From Octopus vulgaris (taxonomy: Eukaryota): a stretch of DNA of 64,000 nucleotides. This document shows positions 11,977 to 25,866 of the stretch, in pieces. The position numbers were made by a program, and so were the translations under genes. Each line of letters opens with the position of its first letter. Position 1 is the first letter of the stretch. The notes under the pieces are model-generated. The model had not been told where the DNA came from. It saw only the letters and a program-made list of their open reading frames with translations, and did not search any database. The DNA is taken from NCBI GenBank assembly GCA_951406725.2, contig OX597832.1, positions 67,084,001 through 67,148,000 on the forward strand, read 5' to 3'.

Positions 11977-13983
11977 TACATACATACATAGAACAAAAGT
12001 GCATAGTTTTCTAATAAATAAACTTACAAAAATACAAAGAAACACTTTATATAAAACAGCGGATTTATTAATTGGTTTTTCTGAATGATCTGGAAGAATT
12101 ATTTTTTCTCAAATGTAATTTCAAACCAGCTAAATTATTTAAATTTCTTTTCTTCAAATTAAACATTTCAGTTAATGAACATCAATGGCTATCATGCGAA
12201 CCATTATAATTGCATTTAAACTCGAAATAATTTGATTTACTACATTCCAACTATTGTCTTTGTCTTTTCTATGCACACCCACTAGCACGATAAACACACA
12301 AGCACACACATATAGAAGCATACCCATGCGCATTCACTCATATATATAAATATATATTCAAGTATGGCTCTGTACATGTAGCAAGGTACCTACATAGTAA
12401 CAGGCATCCACATACATAAAATATCAAAAATAAAATGCTTATCATTCTGTTTAAAAGGAGAATGCTTGTTTTGAATCTGAAGTATGTCAAGTGTAAAAAT
12501 GGGGCTTTTCACATTTATAATAGTCAGGATTAGATATATTAATATTCGAAGGAAAATAGGAGAATGTAATTTAAAGGCTGCACTTCATCTTTTCATTCCA
12601 CATGCATAATGCATTAGAGAATACGAGTGGAATACTACATACACATTTTGCAGCTACAGTCTAGCATAGAATAACTTCTCGGATTAATTTGAAGAAAACG
12701 TATTCCTAATTTAAATGGAATATTATATCTTTACAGCTTATCTATCTTATTATCTTACGAAGGTACATAATTAAGAAGTTGCGTTATGAAAATAAATATA
12801 TTATCAAAAAGATACATTATCAAAATAGACAATGAGAAAAGATATACAGTGCAAACCTAAATTACAAGTGCAAAACAAAACAATTGAAATGCATTGATGT
12901 GAGCGCCGTGATAGATTTAACTTGTGCACAACAAGCAGACGAAATATCGAAACTGTTAAACGAAACACTGTTACACACACAAAAGTTTGACCAAGAAAGA
13001 CCATATGGACAACAAAAATTATGTGAATAAAAGTTAATATTAGGAATAGCTTAAGAATAAGAAATTTTTAAGTGGTAAATTACTGACATGACATTTTAAG
13101 ATATTAAAATTATGAAAGAATTAAAATCAGATTTTGCTACTCAGCAAAGAAATTATTCGAAAACATCTTTCCTAGATAAAGTTCGGCGATGAAGAGCCAC
13201 AGCGACAAAATAAAATGAAATACCTAGTAAGGGTAGATTTAATTAAAACAAATTTAATCGTAGACATGTTAACCGAATTCATGCATACAGCAACGTGTCT
13301 AGTAGGAATGGAAAGCGACTAGTGCATCTCTCTTATACCGACTAATATAGGAATATTATAAACTGAGAAAGCATCAGGGTCTCTAAACATACAAACAGCA
13401 GCATAGGAAATGAAATGATATATGTCTCAATCCTTATCGAGAGCTTTGTACAAAAAAGAAAAAGAACTACAAACTAATCACAAATATTAACACTCCGAAA
13501 ATATAATATACTGACAGAAGAAAAATCTGAAGAATTGTTAAAACTAAAAAGATTAAACCCATTAATACAAAAACCAACAAAATACCGTTACACATTATGC
13601 CAAACTAACAGAAGGGAAATGCCTACACACTTGATTACAAAGCTATATGTACATGAAGACATTCTAAACAATAGCAAAACCCCAAAATTAAGTTATAACA
13701 TTTTCTTCAAAACAGCTCTCCATATCAACCAACCCTAATACCACTCAAATCCACTTACACGAAAGTGATTTTAATTCAACTGAGATAGCATAAAGGCAAG
13801 ACTAACTCTAATGTATCAAAGACAGACGGTGGATTAGTTAGCTGAACCTTCAAACAACAACAATATTGCTTAGGTCCGTACTCTACAAAGTTCAAACGTG
13901 TTTAGGAATGTACTCTTCAAAAGTTTAGAGTCATCCATAAGATAACGTAAAATTATTATTATTATAATTGAACATAAAAACAA

Positions 13984-14014
<31 letters not shown>

Positions 14015-15421
14015 AAATATATATATATATATATATATATCATTAAAAAGTTATCCTCATATTATTGTAGTGTTTGTATTTTCTGCTTAGTTTGTCAAAG
14101 ACACAGAGTCCAGTATCTAAGCCCTTTGTAACTGTGTGAGTGCACATGTTTCTCAAAAATCTAGGTAGGTGGTATGTTTTGGCTTGTCAGTCTTTTATGT
14201 CTATTGTTATTTCTAGTATTTATTGTTTTCATTTCTAAGATGGTGAATATTAGTCAGGAATGTGATTGATTAGTAAATATAGAAAATTATTTAGGTTTAC
14301 GTTAATGTTTATAATTTCTCCATGTAAAATGAATTTTGTAAACATGTGTGTGTTTCTCATTTTTAGTCAGACACAAGGTGGTTGGGAAACAATCCGTTAC
14401 TATCCTAACATATAGTGAAATAAAAGTAAAAACACACTCCTTTTAGCATCAAGTGATAAATACTCACACGTGAAACCAAACCAAGGTAATAACAATCCCT
14501 GCCCCCAGTGTACAAATTAACCCTAACAAATTCTAACACTCGCGGACAAAATACTGAATCGAAACATGCAGGCAAACAATACTAAACCCACTATGACACA
14601 TTTATTTAATAATCTTCTCTGACGGCTACATTTTCTTAATATCTCCCCAAGTTATCTCCATCTACCTTCACCATAAAATAAAGTATACTCCTCCCGCTTT
14701 ACACTTTTGCAGATTTATATGTAATATAAAATTATTTAAAAAGTTCCGTTTCTATGAAAAATTCCCACAAACAATTTTCCGATCTAACAGCACAAAGCTA
14801 CTTGCACACACATAAACACGTACACTTGGATGCAAGGAAACTGAAAGTCTTTTCTTTCATTAATCTTCGTTCTCTTTTCTTTCTTCTTTTTGTTCTTTTC
14901 TTTTTTCATATAAGCATTTTGGTTATGTTCTATTTTTATACATGAATAAATACACACCTTCTATATCAGCCCCACATTAACATATATCTTGAACAGCATT
15001 TGAAAAATTAAAATTATGAGCAAACAGCAAAGAACAATTTTTACTTCCATGAAACACGAAGATTAAAATCCCTCTATATGAACTAAATAAGTTTTAGCAC
15101 AATAAACATCTAGAGAGAAACATGTAAACATACAAAATATATTTGTGACCAAATTATAAACATTAACGTAAACATAAATTTAAGCAATAAAATCTTGCTC
15201 AAAACATCTCTCTATAACAAGCAAACCTTAAACACTCCATGCAAACCCAAGCACCCGATGACGCCTTTAATCAACAGACACTATATGAAGACATAACAAT
15301 CTGGCGATCGCTTAGGTGACCGAAGCTGTGAAATCATTATCAACTTCATACTTCTTTGGAAAATTTTAGATATATACATGCACACACACGTACATACGCA
15401 CACACACACGCACACATGTAT

Positions 15422-15457
<36 letters not shown>

Positions 15458-15826
15458 TAATGTACATGTATATATGTGCCTGGGTTTATACGTCACTTGA
15501 AATATATTGCGATTATGATATCTGTGTATATATATATATTGAAAATAATTATGAGAATATTTAATATCAAAATAGTGTAAATAAATGGTGAATGAATTAT
15601 ATTTTAATTAAAATCGCAAAATTATTATCAATACTGTACTGTTACGTAAATCCAAACGACTTCCATCATTACAAATCGAACATGCTCAAATTATTTACAG
15701 AGTTGAAAAATAAACGTAGATTAAATATATTTTGCCATCTTCACATTTATGTATAATCATATACACATGTGTGAAATTGCACACACGTACACACACACCT
15801 ATATATGTATATATACAGGTATACAC

Positions 15827-15895
<69 letters not shown>

Positions 15896-18249
15896 TATAT
15901 ATGTGTATGTTTGTGTAAAAGGGAGACACCCAGCAGCAAATGTTAAATACATGCTGGAGAGATCTTACGGCATCTGGAAAGTTATATCGTGATTGTTCTA
16001 GTAATCTACCGCCCAAACTGTGTAGCTAGTTTGATAAACGGAAGCTATTTTGGTATCTTTTGCTGATAATAGAAGTTTGAGTCAGTAGAACTGAAAGCAT
16101 TCGTCACTTGGTGTTTCACTAATTCCCTATTATCATTTTATCCTTATGTCTATCTTGCACCTGAGACTCGCCTTCATTAGCATACAATTCTTGCTTCCTG
16201 GTGGACGAATGACAAAAGTCGACAGTCGCAAATCTTCATTTGAGTAGTTAAAAGAACAAAGCTATATGAAAGAATTGCTTCTGCTTAACGTTTTACCAAT
16301 TTTGTCGTACACCGTCCTGCACATAAAAAATATTTTTAGATTCGCAGATTTCGTAACTAAATCAGTGTTACGTTACATACTACCGTTAGGGAACAAATTC
16401 AGCTGAATGGATTATTCAGCATTTGGCCTACTGGAAGATCTGAATATTGCGAAAATTCTTAGCAATAAATAGAGTCAGCTTGTTGACCTCTTCACATGTA
16501 TAGTGATTATTCTGTTGCTGTTTTCGTTGTCGTCTCTGCTGTTGTCATTGTTGTTTCATTTGGTTTGGCTTTTAAAACAGATAACTGCGAAACAAATATA
16601 TTACATTGTGTATGAATTGGCGTATAACAGTAAAATGAATATATAAATATTTTTTCACACAAAATGTGTTCAATATACCCACCAATAGCCTGCATGCAAA
16701 CACCGCTGCGTTAATATAATCAATGACAGAATATATTCCATATTAATGATACGAATATTCTCCGAATCCTTTTAGTTTGCTGTACTTCTACACTTGTCGA
16801 TTATTGATTCGAATGAATAAGTTATATTGTGATATAACTTGCATACACATACACCGACAATTTATTGGGAATATTTATTAAAGGTATCTGTTATATTATG
16901 TTTAGTTTGCATAACGCTTCACTAAAATATCTAAGGTTATATGAATATACACATGTCACAATATGGATCTTCGTATAGCTACTCTAATATTCTTACACTC
17001 TTCCAATAAAATCTTGAAAATTTAACAGAATTGAAATATTTGCTCAGGAATTTCATAATCGTGATACGTCGACTTTATCTGCAGCTAGTTCTTGGCTGGC
17101 TTCAGCTCTCCGGTTTGAATATAACCTTAACACCGTTCTTTCTCCTTTAATTTACTTTCACTATTACTGCAGTTTCAGATAGGCTGTGAGTGGGGAACAT
17201 TTAGAAGCGTAGGATAACGGTGACACGATAAGCTTCAGAATCCGACAGTAAAAAGTTTGATTCTTCAATGTCGCTTTGTAGACTCACACGGAACAACTGA
17301 TATCTAACTCACCAATTAAGTTCTCTATTTAATCACATTTTCAGCCAGTTTCAGCGTTTCTTACACAGCATTATGTCCCCATTCTTTTAGATAATTATAA
17401 AAACTGAAAGCGGCAATAACATCCGGTATATTAATAAAGGATGTATCTTCATATTTATTTCTGCTTCATTGAGAGACCCAATATTGATTAATTATGTAGC
17501 AGTATTGAAGAGTAAACTCTTTTATGAATACAGCCAGAATAAATTATATGGAGTTCACCACAAAGTAATTGAAACCGTGATCAGTTACACCATTTGATTA
17601 TATTATAAGATAAACTATTTTCTAAGATCTAAAGGCTATAATGTGCAAGGGGATCCGCAATTAGTTTCCATTTAGATACTCAAAATTGGTATCATATAAA
17701 CGAATTTTCCACATTAATGTGGAACCACAAATATAAAAGGCAGAGAGGGTGAGGAAAACAATTGTGGTACGGTTAAAAATAAAATCACGCAAAGGATTAA
17801 CTCTGGTTTCGATTCCACTTTACGGTATGCTATGATCTAACATGGTTAACCAATATGTTTTGACTTAGAAACAGAAAAAACTCCAATCTCAAGTTTTCCA
17901 ACTTCTTAGCGAGTGTTTTAACTAAAACTTGAGCCATTCCTACTTAGGAGTCTTGCTGTATATTCAACTCAATTACTTCTCGGGTCTCTGCTCTAATTCT
18001 AAACAACTGTGGATTATATGCATTTGTGCTTGCTAAAAGTGTTGCTTTTTATTTTTGTTGCATTTCAAAAAAACACTTCTTCCCGGATTCACCTGATTAA
18101 GTCTTTGTTTGTCATAGGCGAATTAAAAATGTGCATTATCTGCATGCAAACAGCAGCCATATTATCCAACATGTCTTATTCTAAGACCTGTATGATATCA
18201 TTTCAGGGAGGCTGTCCACTCAAATGGGGCAGTCATGATGAAAATAAAA

Positions 18250-18287
18250 GTGATGACGATGTCAATGATGATGATTATGATAATGAC

Positions 18288-18354
<67 letters not shown>

Positions 18355-18400
18355 GTGATGGTGATGATGAGGTGGATGATGATGATGATGATGAAGAAGA
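18250..18400. repeat. (GAT)n microsatellite
   Basis: Seen directly; explains the poly-D/M/H pseudo-ORFs. Confidence 0.95.
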
Positions 18401-19344
18401 GGGGGAGAATTTATAGAATCGAGAAGAAAAACAATTTTAGCTGGTAAGTTAAGACTAAGGAAGTAAACTGAAATTATGCCGAACATTAGAAATTTCAAAT
18501 TGGTCCTCTGCTCATGTGTAGTACATCTTTCATATTCTTATAAAACATAATATATTTCCTAATTATTTATAACATAATAAATCTAATAATTTATGAATCT
18601 AATAATTTCCTATCCTTCCTCAATACCGGTTCTTATCTCCACTCGGTCTCCTTAGGAGGTGGTTGTGTTCTAGCATATGTGCCACTTCTTTTAGTGTTCA
18701 TATTTTCCAGTGGTGTTCATTTGTAGTAAAGCCTCATAAATCCAAACGTCATCTCCCGGTCCTTTCTAAATATATCATCCGACGAGTAGGTCTGCTACAG
18801 ACTCCCATATATTGCTTCTATAGTTGTTACTGTGCCTGTCGTGTCTAACGTAGATGCAGTTGATGTTACTGATGCTGTTGCAGTTATTTTTGCTTGCGTA
18901 AATGTGGACCAGGTCGTGCAAAGATAGGATTTAGTGAATTCCTAGATGCAACGGACATTATTGATTTTGCAGTGGATTGTAAGATTTGCAAAAGCGTCAA
19001 TAAAGAATATCCTGCCATGTTTGATCTACTCCCTTAAATTCTCATTTCAGACCTCACCGATATCAGCATAGTATTTCATTCTTTCTGGGTCAATTAAACT
19101 ACATACCTTTCAAGCAATAAGGGCGATGAAATCGACTACACGCCTCTAGAGTTGCTATTTTATGGCAACATCAGAAACAAATAATGCAAGTAAATTCGAA
19201 TCCGTCAGATACCAAATTTACGTTTGATCCTTCTGGAGTTGGAAAATTGTGCTGTCAGTCAAACACTGGGATTCGATAATATTGACTTATACCTCCTCTA
19301 AAAATTTTGCTATTGTTGTTGTTGTTGTTCTTCTTCTTCTTCTT

Positions 19345-19431
<87 letters not shown>

Positions 19432-19436
19432 ATTAT

Positions 19437-19803
19437 TCAGTAGTTTTATTTTTATAGAGTGCTTTCACTTCACTACCGAGCACAGCTCTGTGTGCCTTGG
19501 GTATGTGCTGTGATTTGTTGTGATGCTCTGATGGTTATTGTATGGAAAGTGTTCTGCGTAGGATGTGTGCAGTGCCTAGTAGTGCAATTTTCTGTATGTT
19601 ATATGTGTTTGTAAGTCCTGGTGTTTTTGTTATGTATTTGTCTGAATATTTTTTTATCATGCCTAATGCACCTACTATGATAGGAATTGTTTCTGTTTTC
19701 AGATTCCACATTCTAGTTACCTCTATTTCCAGGTCTTTGTATTTTGAGAGTTTCTCCATTTCTTTTAGAGACACGTTGTCATCAGCCGGTATTGATACAT
19801 CAA
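19437..19803 (-). mobile_element. Family A R4/Dong 3' fragment (~365 bp)
   Basis: Encodes IDVSIPADDNVSLKEMEKLSKYKDLEIEV...ILRRTLSIQ*, followed by a 3' UTR matching 5115-5212. Confidence 0.93.
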
Positions 19804-19806
19804 TTA

Positions 19807-19856
<50 letters not shown>

Positions 19857-19909
19857 ATTATTATTATCATCATCATCATCATCATCATCATTGTTATTGT
19901 TATTGTTAT

Positions 19910-20037
19910 TCAGTAGTTTTATTTTTTATAGCGTGCTTTCACTTCACTACCGAGCGCAGCTCTGTGTGCCTTGGGTATGTGCTGTGATTTGTTGTGATGC
20001 TTTGATGGTTATTGTATGGAAAGTGTTCTGCGTAGGA
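19910..20037 (-). mobile_element. Family A 3'-end-only insertion (~128 bp)
   Basis: Matches 5087-5212 and is flanked by (ATT)n. Confidence 0.9.
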
Positions 20038-20046
20038 TATTATTAG

Positions 20047-20095
<49 letters not shown>

Positions 20096-20335
20096 GGAAT
20101 CTCAGTAGACTTAGTTTCTAAGTAACCTCCTATTGCGTTTCAACAAGTAACCGTAGATGTCAAGAACCCTCCTAAGTATTCAAGGTGTCCGTAGTAATGT
20201 TTTATACAGCTGCACTAAACTGGCTTTTATGCCTCTTTCCTTAATCCTTCTGTTCAGATCTTTAGTGAAAATCCCCAATTCCCATACAACTACACGGTTA
20301 CATTTTACCCGCACTGTTATCTTGTTAATTTTTGT
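20096..20335 (-). mobile_element. Old R4-type C-terminal fragment (family E)
   Basis: VVVWELGIFTKDL...LVQLYKTLLRTP*ILRRVLDI resembles the VVVGALG...LQK..LLGT..ILR.VL C-terminus of the other copies. Has an (AAT)n tail. Confidence 0.6.
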
Positions 20336-20380
20336 GTACCTCATTATTTGCAAATATAAAGTCAATTATCTGGCATTTTC

Positions 20381-20461
<81 letters not shown>

Positions 20462-20473
20462 TATTATTATTAT

Positions 20474-20597
20474 TCAGTAGTTTTATTTTTATAGCGTGCT
20501 TTCACTTCACTACCGAGCGCAGCTCTGTGTGCCTTGGGTATGTGCTGTGATTTGTTGTGATGCTCTGATGGTTATTGTATGGAAAGTGTTCTGCTAA

Positions 20598-20690
<93 letters not shown>

Positions 20691-20734
20691 CATCATCATC
20701 ATTATTATTATCATCATCATCATTATTATTATTA

Positions 20735-20817
<83 letters not shown>

Positions 20818-20949
20818 ATTATTATTCCGTAGTTTTATTTTTATAACGTGCTTTCACTTCACTACCGAGCGCAGCTCTGTGTGCCTTGGGTATGTGCTGT
20901 GATTTGTTGTGATGCTCTGATGGTTATTGTATGGAAAGTGTTCTGCTAA

Positions 20950-21033
<84 letters not shown>

Positions 21034-21077
21034 CATCATCATCATTATTATTATCATCATCATCATTATTATTATTA

Positions 21078-21139
<62 letters not shown>

Positions 21140-21150
21140 ATTATTATTCC
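20474..21150 (-). repeat. Tandemly duplicated unit of family A 3' end (~120 bp) plus interrupted (ATT)n
   Basis: Units at 20474-20825 and 20826-21147 share the truncation point GGAAAGTGTTCTGC|TAATATT and the same CAT interruption pattern. Confidence 0.85.
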
Positions 21151-22257
21151 GTAGTTTTATTTTTATAACGTGCTTTCACTTCACTACCGAGCGCAGCTCT
21201 GTGTGCCTTGGGTATGTGCTGTGATTTGTTGTGATGCTCTTATGGTTATTGTATGGAAAGTGTTCTGCGTAGGATGTGTGCAGTGTCTAGTAGTGTAATT
21301 TTCTGTTTGTTATATGTGTTCGTAAGTCCTGGTGTTTTAGTTATGTATTTGTCTGAATACTTTTTTATCATGCCTAATGCACCTACTATGATAGGAATTG
21401 TTTCTGTTTTTAGATTCCACATTCTGGTTGCCTCTATTTCCAGGTTTTTTTATTTTGAGAGTTTCTCCATTTCTTTTAGTGACACGTTGTCATCTGCCGG
21501 TATTGATACATCAATTAGAAAGAATTTTTTTTCTTCTGTGGCTGTCTTCAGTTATGGCGTTATTAATCATTAGTTGATCTTTACAGCCATATGACCCTTT
21601 GCGTCATCCTTTCTGCTCTTCTGGAAACAGGTTGTTTTCGTCCAGGTGCTTGTTTAACCTTTGCGATATCACTGCAGTAAATGCCTTGTACATTGTAGGG
21701 AGACAGGTTATTGGTCGGTAGTTTTCTGGTTTTGCTGTCTCATTTGATTTGGGAATTAAGATGGTTTTCCCCTTCGTGAACCATTCAGGCAATGTCTCTG
21801 GTTCTGCTAGTATGTTGTTAAAGTTTTCAGCCAGCGTTTTGTGCATTCCTGTTAGATATTTCAACCAGAAGTTGGGGATCTTGTCATACCCAGGTGCCTT
21901 CCAGTTGCTTAGTCTTTGCAGTGCCTGGGTGACCTCTTCAGTTGTTATGGGGGTCCAAAGTTGCTCAGATGTTGAGTTTGTTGTTTTAATACTCCTTTTT
22001 TGGGGTTGTTCGTTCACCGACCATATTTCTCTCCAGAATTCTTCCACTTCTTCTGCCGTTGTGGCTGCAGTGATATCTATTTTATTTTTGCCAAGTTCTA
22101 GGTAGAACTTTTTGGGGTTGGAGTTGAACTTTTTGGTTTGTTCAAAGAAGCGCTGGCGTTTCTAGTACCGGCGGATCCTTCGTGCTTGGCAAGGATATCT
22201 TGCTTCAGCTTTTCTTTTATCTTAGGTAAATCTTTTTCTTTGATAGTATACTTGCGG

Positions 22258-22260
<3 letters not shown>
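21148..22260 (-). mobile_element. Family A copy with a large internal deletion (pre-RT/RT N-terminus fused to RLE C-terminus and 3' UTR)
   Basis: ORF 21604-22047 contains WKAPGYDKIPNFWLK and NYRPITCLPT. After ITEDSHRRKK the sequence jumps at ~21535 to FFLIDVSIPADD. Confidence 0.88.
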
Positions 22261-22299
<39 letters not shown>

Positions 22300-22324
22300 G
22301 TTATTATTATTATTACTATTATCA

Positions 22325-22545
<221 letters not shown>

Positions 22546-22546
22546 A

Positions 22547-22615
<69 letters not shown>

Positions 22616-22618
22616 CAT

Positions 22619-24303
22619 TAGTATATTTTTTATATCGTGCTTTCACTTCACTACCGAGCGCACCTCTGTGTGTATGGAAAGTGTTCTGTGTAGGATGTGT
22701 GCAGTGCCTAGAAGTGCAATTTTCTGTATGTTATATGTGTTTGTAAGTCCTGGTGTTTTATGCATTTGTCTGAATATTTTTTTATCATGCCTCATGTACC
22801 TACTATGATAGGAATTGGTTCTGTTTTTTGATTCCACATTCTGGTTACCTCTATTTCCAGGTCTTTGAATTTTGAAAGATTCTCCATTAGAAAACATTTT
22901 TTTTCTTCAGGATCTCTGACAACTATATCTGATCTGTTGGCCTTAATTTCTCTATCTGTGTGTTTCGGCATATCCCATAGTATGGTTGCTTTCTCGTTTT
23001 CTGTTGTTATTCCATAATGTTGGCATAGTTTCCAGTGTATATAGGTCCCAACTCTGTCGTGTCTGTGAATATAATCCTTCTTAGCTAGGACTGGGCAGTC
23101 AGAGATAATATGATTTATTGATTCTGCAGTTACTTGTTATATTTCTTTTCATTACATGTTTTTGGTCATTTCTGGTGGGGAGGCTTTGGTCTTGTGCTTC
23201 AATTAAAAATCCTTCTGTCTTTTCTTTGAGTCCTGAACTTCTAAACCATTGTTGGGATTTGTCTTTGTCTATTTCTTTTGCGTTTAGTTTAGTCCAGTAT
23301 TTGCCATGAAGTGGCTTTTCTTGACATCGTTTTATCATGGTTCGTTGCTGTTCTATTTTTAGTTTGGATTTCATTTGTTTTATAGCTTTTGTTGTTTCTT
23401 CTTCTTCTTCTTCTTCTTCTTCTTCTTCTTCTTCTTCTTCTTCTTCTTCTTCTTCATATTTGTTAGATGGCATGATTTCTTGTTTGTATTTGTCAGCTTC
23501 CTTAAATACTGAGAACAGTTTTTTGTTTTGCTCGTGTTTTGCCGCTATTTGTATCAGTTTTCCTTCCTTCTGAAGTAGATATTTTTGCAGTCCTATGGTG
23601 GTTATTTTATAGTAGTTTTCCAGCTGTATAAGGCCTCTACCACCTTCTATACGTTGTATATATAGTATTTCTATGTCGGATTTTGGGTGGTGCATTCTAG
23701 ATCCTGTCATTATTTTACTTGTTTTCCTATCTATTTTGGTCAGTTCATTCAGTGTCCAGTTAAGGATATTGTAGCTGTAACTTATAACTGGGACAGCTAA
23801 AGTGTTAATAACTATTATCTTGTTTTAACATTGAGCTCTGTTTTTAGTATTGATCTAACTCGTCTATAATATTCTTTTTTTTATTTTCTCTTTCATTTGT
23901 GTGTGTTGTGTCTTATCTAGTTCATTTGTAAGTTTGGCTTTGGTCTAATTATTTTATTTCATTGGTTTTATTTAGTGTGATGTTGCTACTCATTAGTTTT
24001 CTTCTTTTCAGGGTTACTTTGGCGCATTTCTCTAATCCAAATTTCATATCTATTTCTTTGGTAAATCCATGAACTGTCTTTAATAGTGTTTCCAGCTGTT
24101 TGTCATTTGCAGCGTATAGTTTTAGGTCATCCATATATAAAAGGTGGCTGATCTTTTTCCCGTAACATTTATATCCGCATCCAGTTCTATTTAGCATATC
24201 CGATAGACGTGACAGTGCCAAGCAGAAAAGGAGTGGAGTGAGCGTATGTCCCTGGAATATTCCTCTTCTAATCGGGATGGCTTTGCTTTTCACAAGTCCC
24301 TCA
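22619..24303 (-). mobile_element. Family A copy, 5'-truncated, with several small deletions and a (GAA)n expansion
   Basis: ORFs 23949-24293 (RRGIFQG..SHLLYMDDLKLY) and 23099-23710 are near-identical to parts of 3255-5114. Confidence 0.93.
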
Positions 24304-24353
24304 TTTGTTTGTTAATATTATTATTATTATTATTATCAATATTATTATTATTA

Positions 24354-24387
<34 letters not shown>

Positions 24388-24388
24388 C

Positions 24389-24471
<83 letters not shown>

Positions 24472-24513
24472 TATTATTATTATTATCATCATTATTATTA
24501 TTTTATTATTATT

Positions 24514-25066
24514 GAGTGAGAGAGCAGTGCATGCCATCAAAGTGACACTGGGGTAAAATATACGAAGCCCAATATACCCATCATTACTACCCGTCTGATA
24601 AGGGTACACCAGGCACATGCATTACAACCATATGTGCGCGACAGGGTGATCTCATATCAAGATAAACAGTGCATGACCTAGCACGTGGGGCCCAGTTAGA
24701 ATTTTCTTCTGGTCGAGTAACCCATCCCGCTCAAAAGGTCCTTGAATAAGGGATGTTTACGGATGTTGAACGAAACACCTATGTTTCCAGATGTGAATTA
24801 TTCAAACTCCATAGAATCCCTCTCAACACATGGCTATGATGCTCCCTCACTACTTCCGCTCGTGATCAGATGCACATGTCGTCAGCCGCTAAGGGACATG
24901 CTCAACTGGTTAAGGTCAAACAACTGACAAGCAAATCTGTGGTATTGAGCAGAATATTTGCTGTAGCCCATCTTTTATACAAGACAAAACAATGTACTTG
25001 ATAACACTTCCAATCAGTTAAGATCAGAAGCCATGATAGCCACTGCCTGGTACTGCATCAGGGCAT
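24514..25066 (-). mobile_element. Family G ~550-bp non-coding element, apparently full length
   Basis: Minus strand starts ATGCCCTGATGCAGTACCAGG and ends CACTGCTCTCTCACTC-(AAT)n. (AAT)n lies on both sides. Confidence 0.88.
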
Positions 25067-25078
25067 GTATTATTATTA

Positions 25079-25160
<82 letters not shown>

Positions 25161-25273
25161 TATTATTATTATCATTATTATCATAATTATTATTATTATC
25201 ATTATTATTATCATTATTATTATCATTATTATCATTATTATTATTATCATTATTATTTTTGTTATTATTATCG

Positions 25274-25323
<50 letters not shown>

Positions 25324-25338
25324 ATTATTATTATTATT

Positions 25339-25866
25339 GAAAGAGAGAGCAGTGCATGCCATCAAAGTGACACGCGAGTAAAATATACAAAGCTCAGTAT
25401 ACCCATCATAACAACTTATCTGATATCAGTACCCTAGACACATGCATCACAGCCATATGTGCACGACATAATGATTTCACATCAACTTAAACATCAGTTG
25501 ACCTTGCAGGTAGGGCTTAGACTTTTTTCAGTAGCTTATCCTGTTCAAAAGGTCCCTGATTAAGTGTTGTTGAAGGATGTTGAACGAAACACACACTTTT
25601 CCAGTATTGAATTATTCAAACTCCAAATGATTCTTCACAACTCATGACTATGATGCTTCCCAACTACTTATACTCCTAATCAGAGATGCACATCTTGCCA
25701 GCCACAAGGGACATGCTCAACTTGTTATGGTCAAGCAAATGACAAAGAAATCTGTGGTAATGAGCAGAATATTTGCTGTAGCCCATCTTTAATACCAAGA
25801 CAAAACAATATACAAAATAGCACATCCAGTCAGTTAAGATCAGAAGCCATGAGAGCCAGTGCTTGG
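25339..25866 (-). mobile_element. Family G element, older diverged copy 3
   Basis: Colinear with 24514-25050 (GAGAGCAGTGCATGCCATCAAAGTGACAC...GAGCAGAATATTTGCTGTAGCCCATCTT...CAGTTAAGATCAGAAGCCATGA). Confidence 0.85.

Noticed and set aside
12800-15290. A-rich stretches suggestive of very old LINE remnants (also 40990-41320, 46200-46800, 49120-49640)
   Set aside because: No motif was conserved well enough to assign by eye. A profile or RepeatMasker search is needed.
17155-17245. Minus-strand GAAA-CTGCAG-TA hammerhead-like half
   Set aside because: The upstream core (CTGAAGC) and stems do not fit. At best a decayed relic.
18009-18416. 135-aa ORF with hydrophobic start and acidic tail
   Set aside because: The acidic tail is a (GAT)n microsatellite, the start is non-ATG, and there is no recognisable domain.
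19437-21250. Regularly recurring ~120-bp repeat resembling a CRISPR-like array
   Set aside because: The repeat is the LINE 3' end and the spacers are (ATT)n. There are no cas genes and the context is eukaryotic.
25010-25066. HDV-like or hammerhead ribozyme at the 5' end of family G
   Set aside because: CTGATGC is not CUGANGA. A putative P1/P3 needs a bulge and lacks the G-U start and P1.1 GG. It could not be supported by eye.
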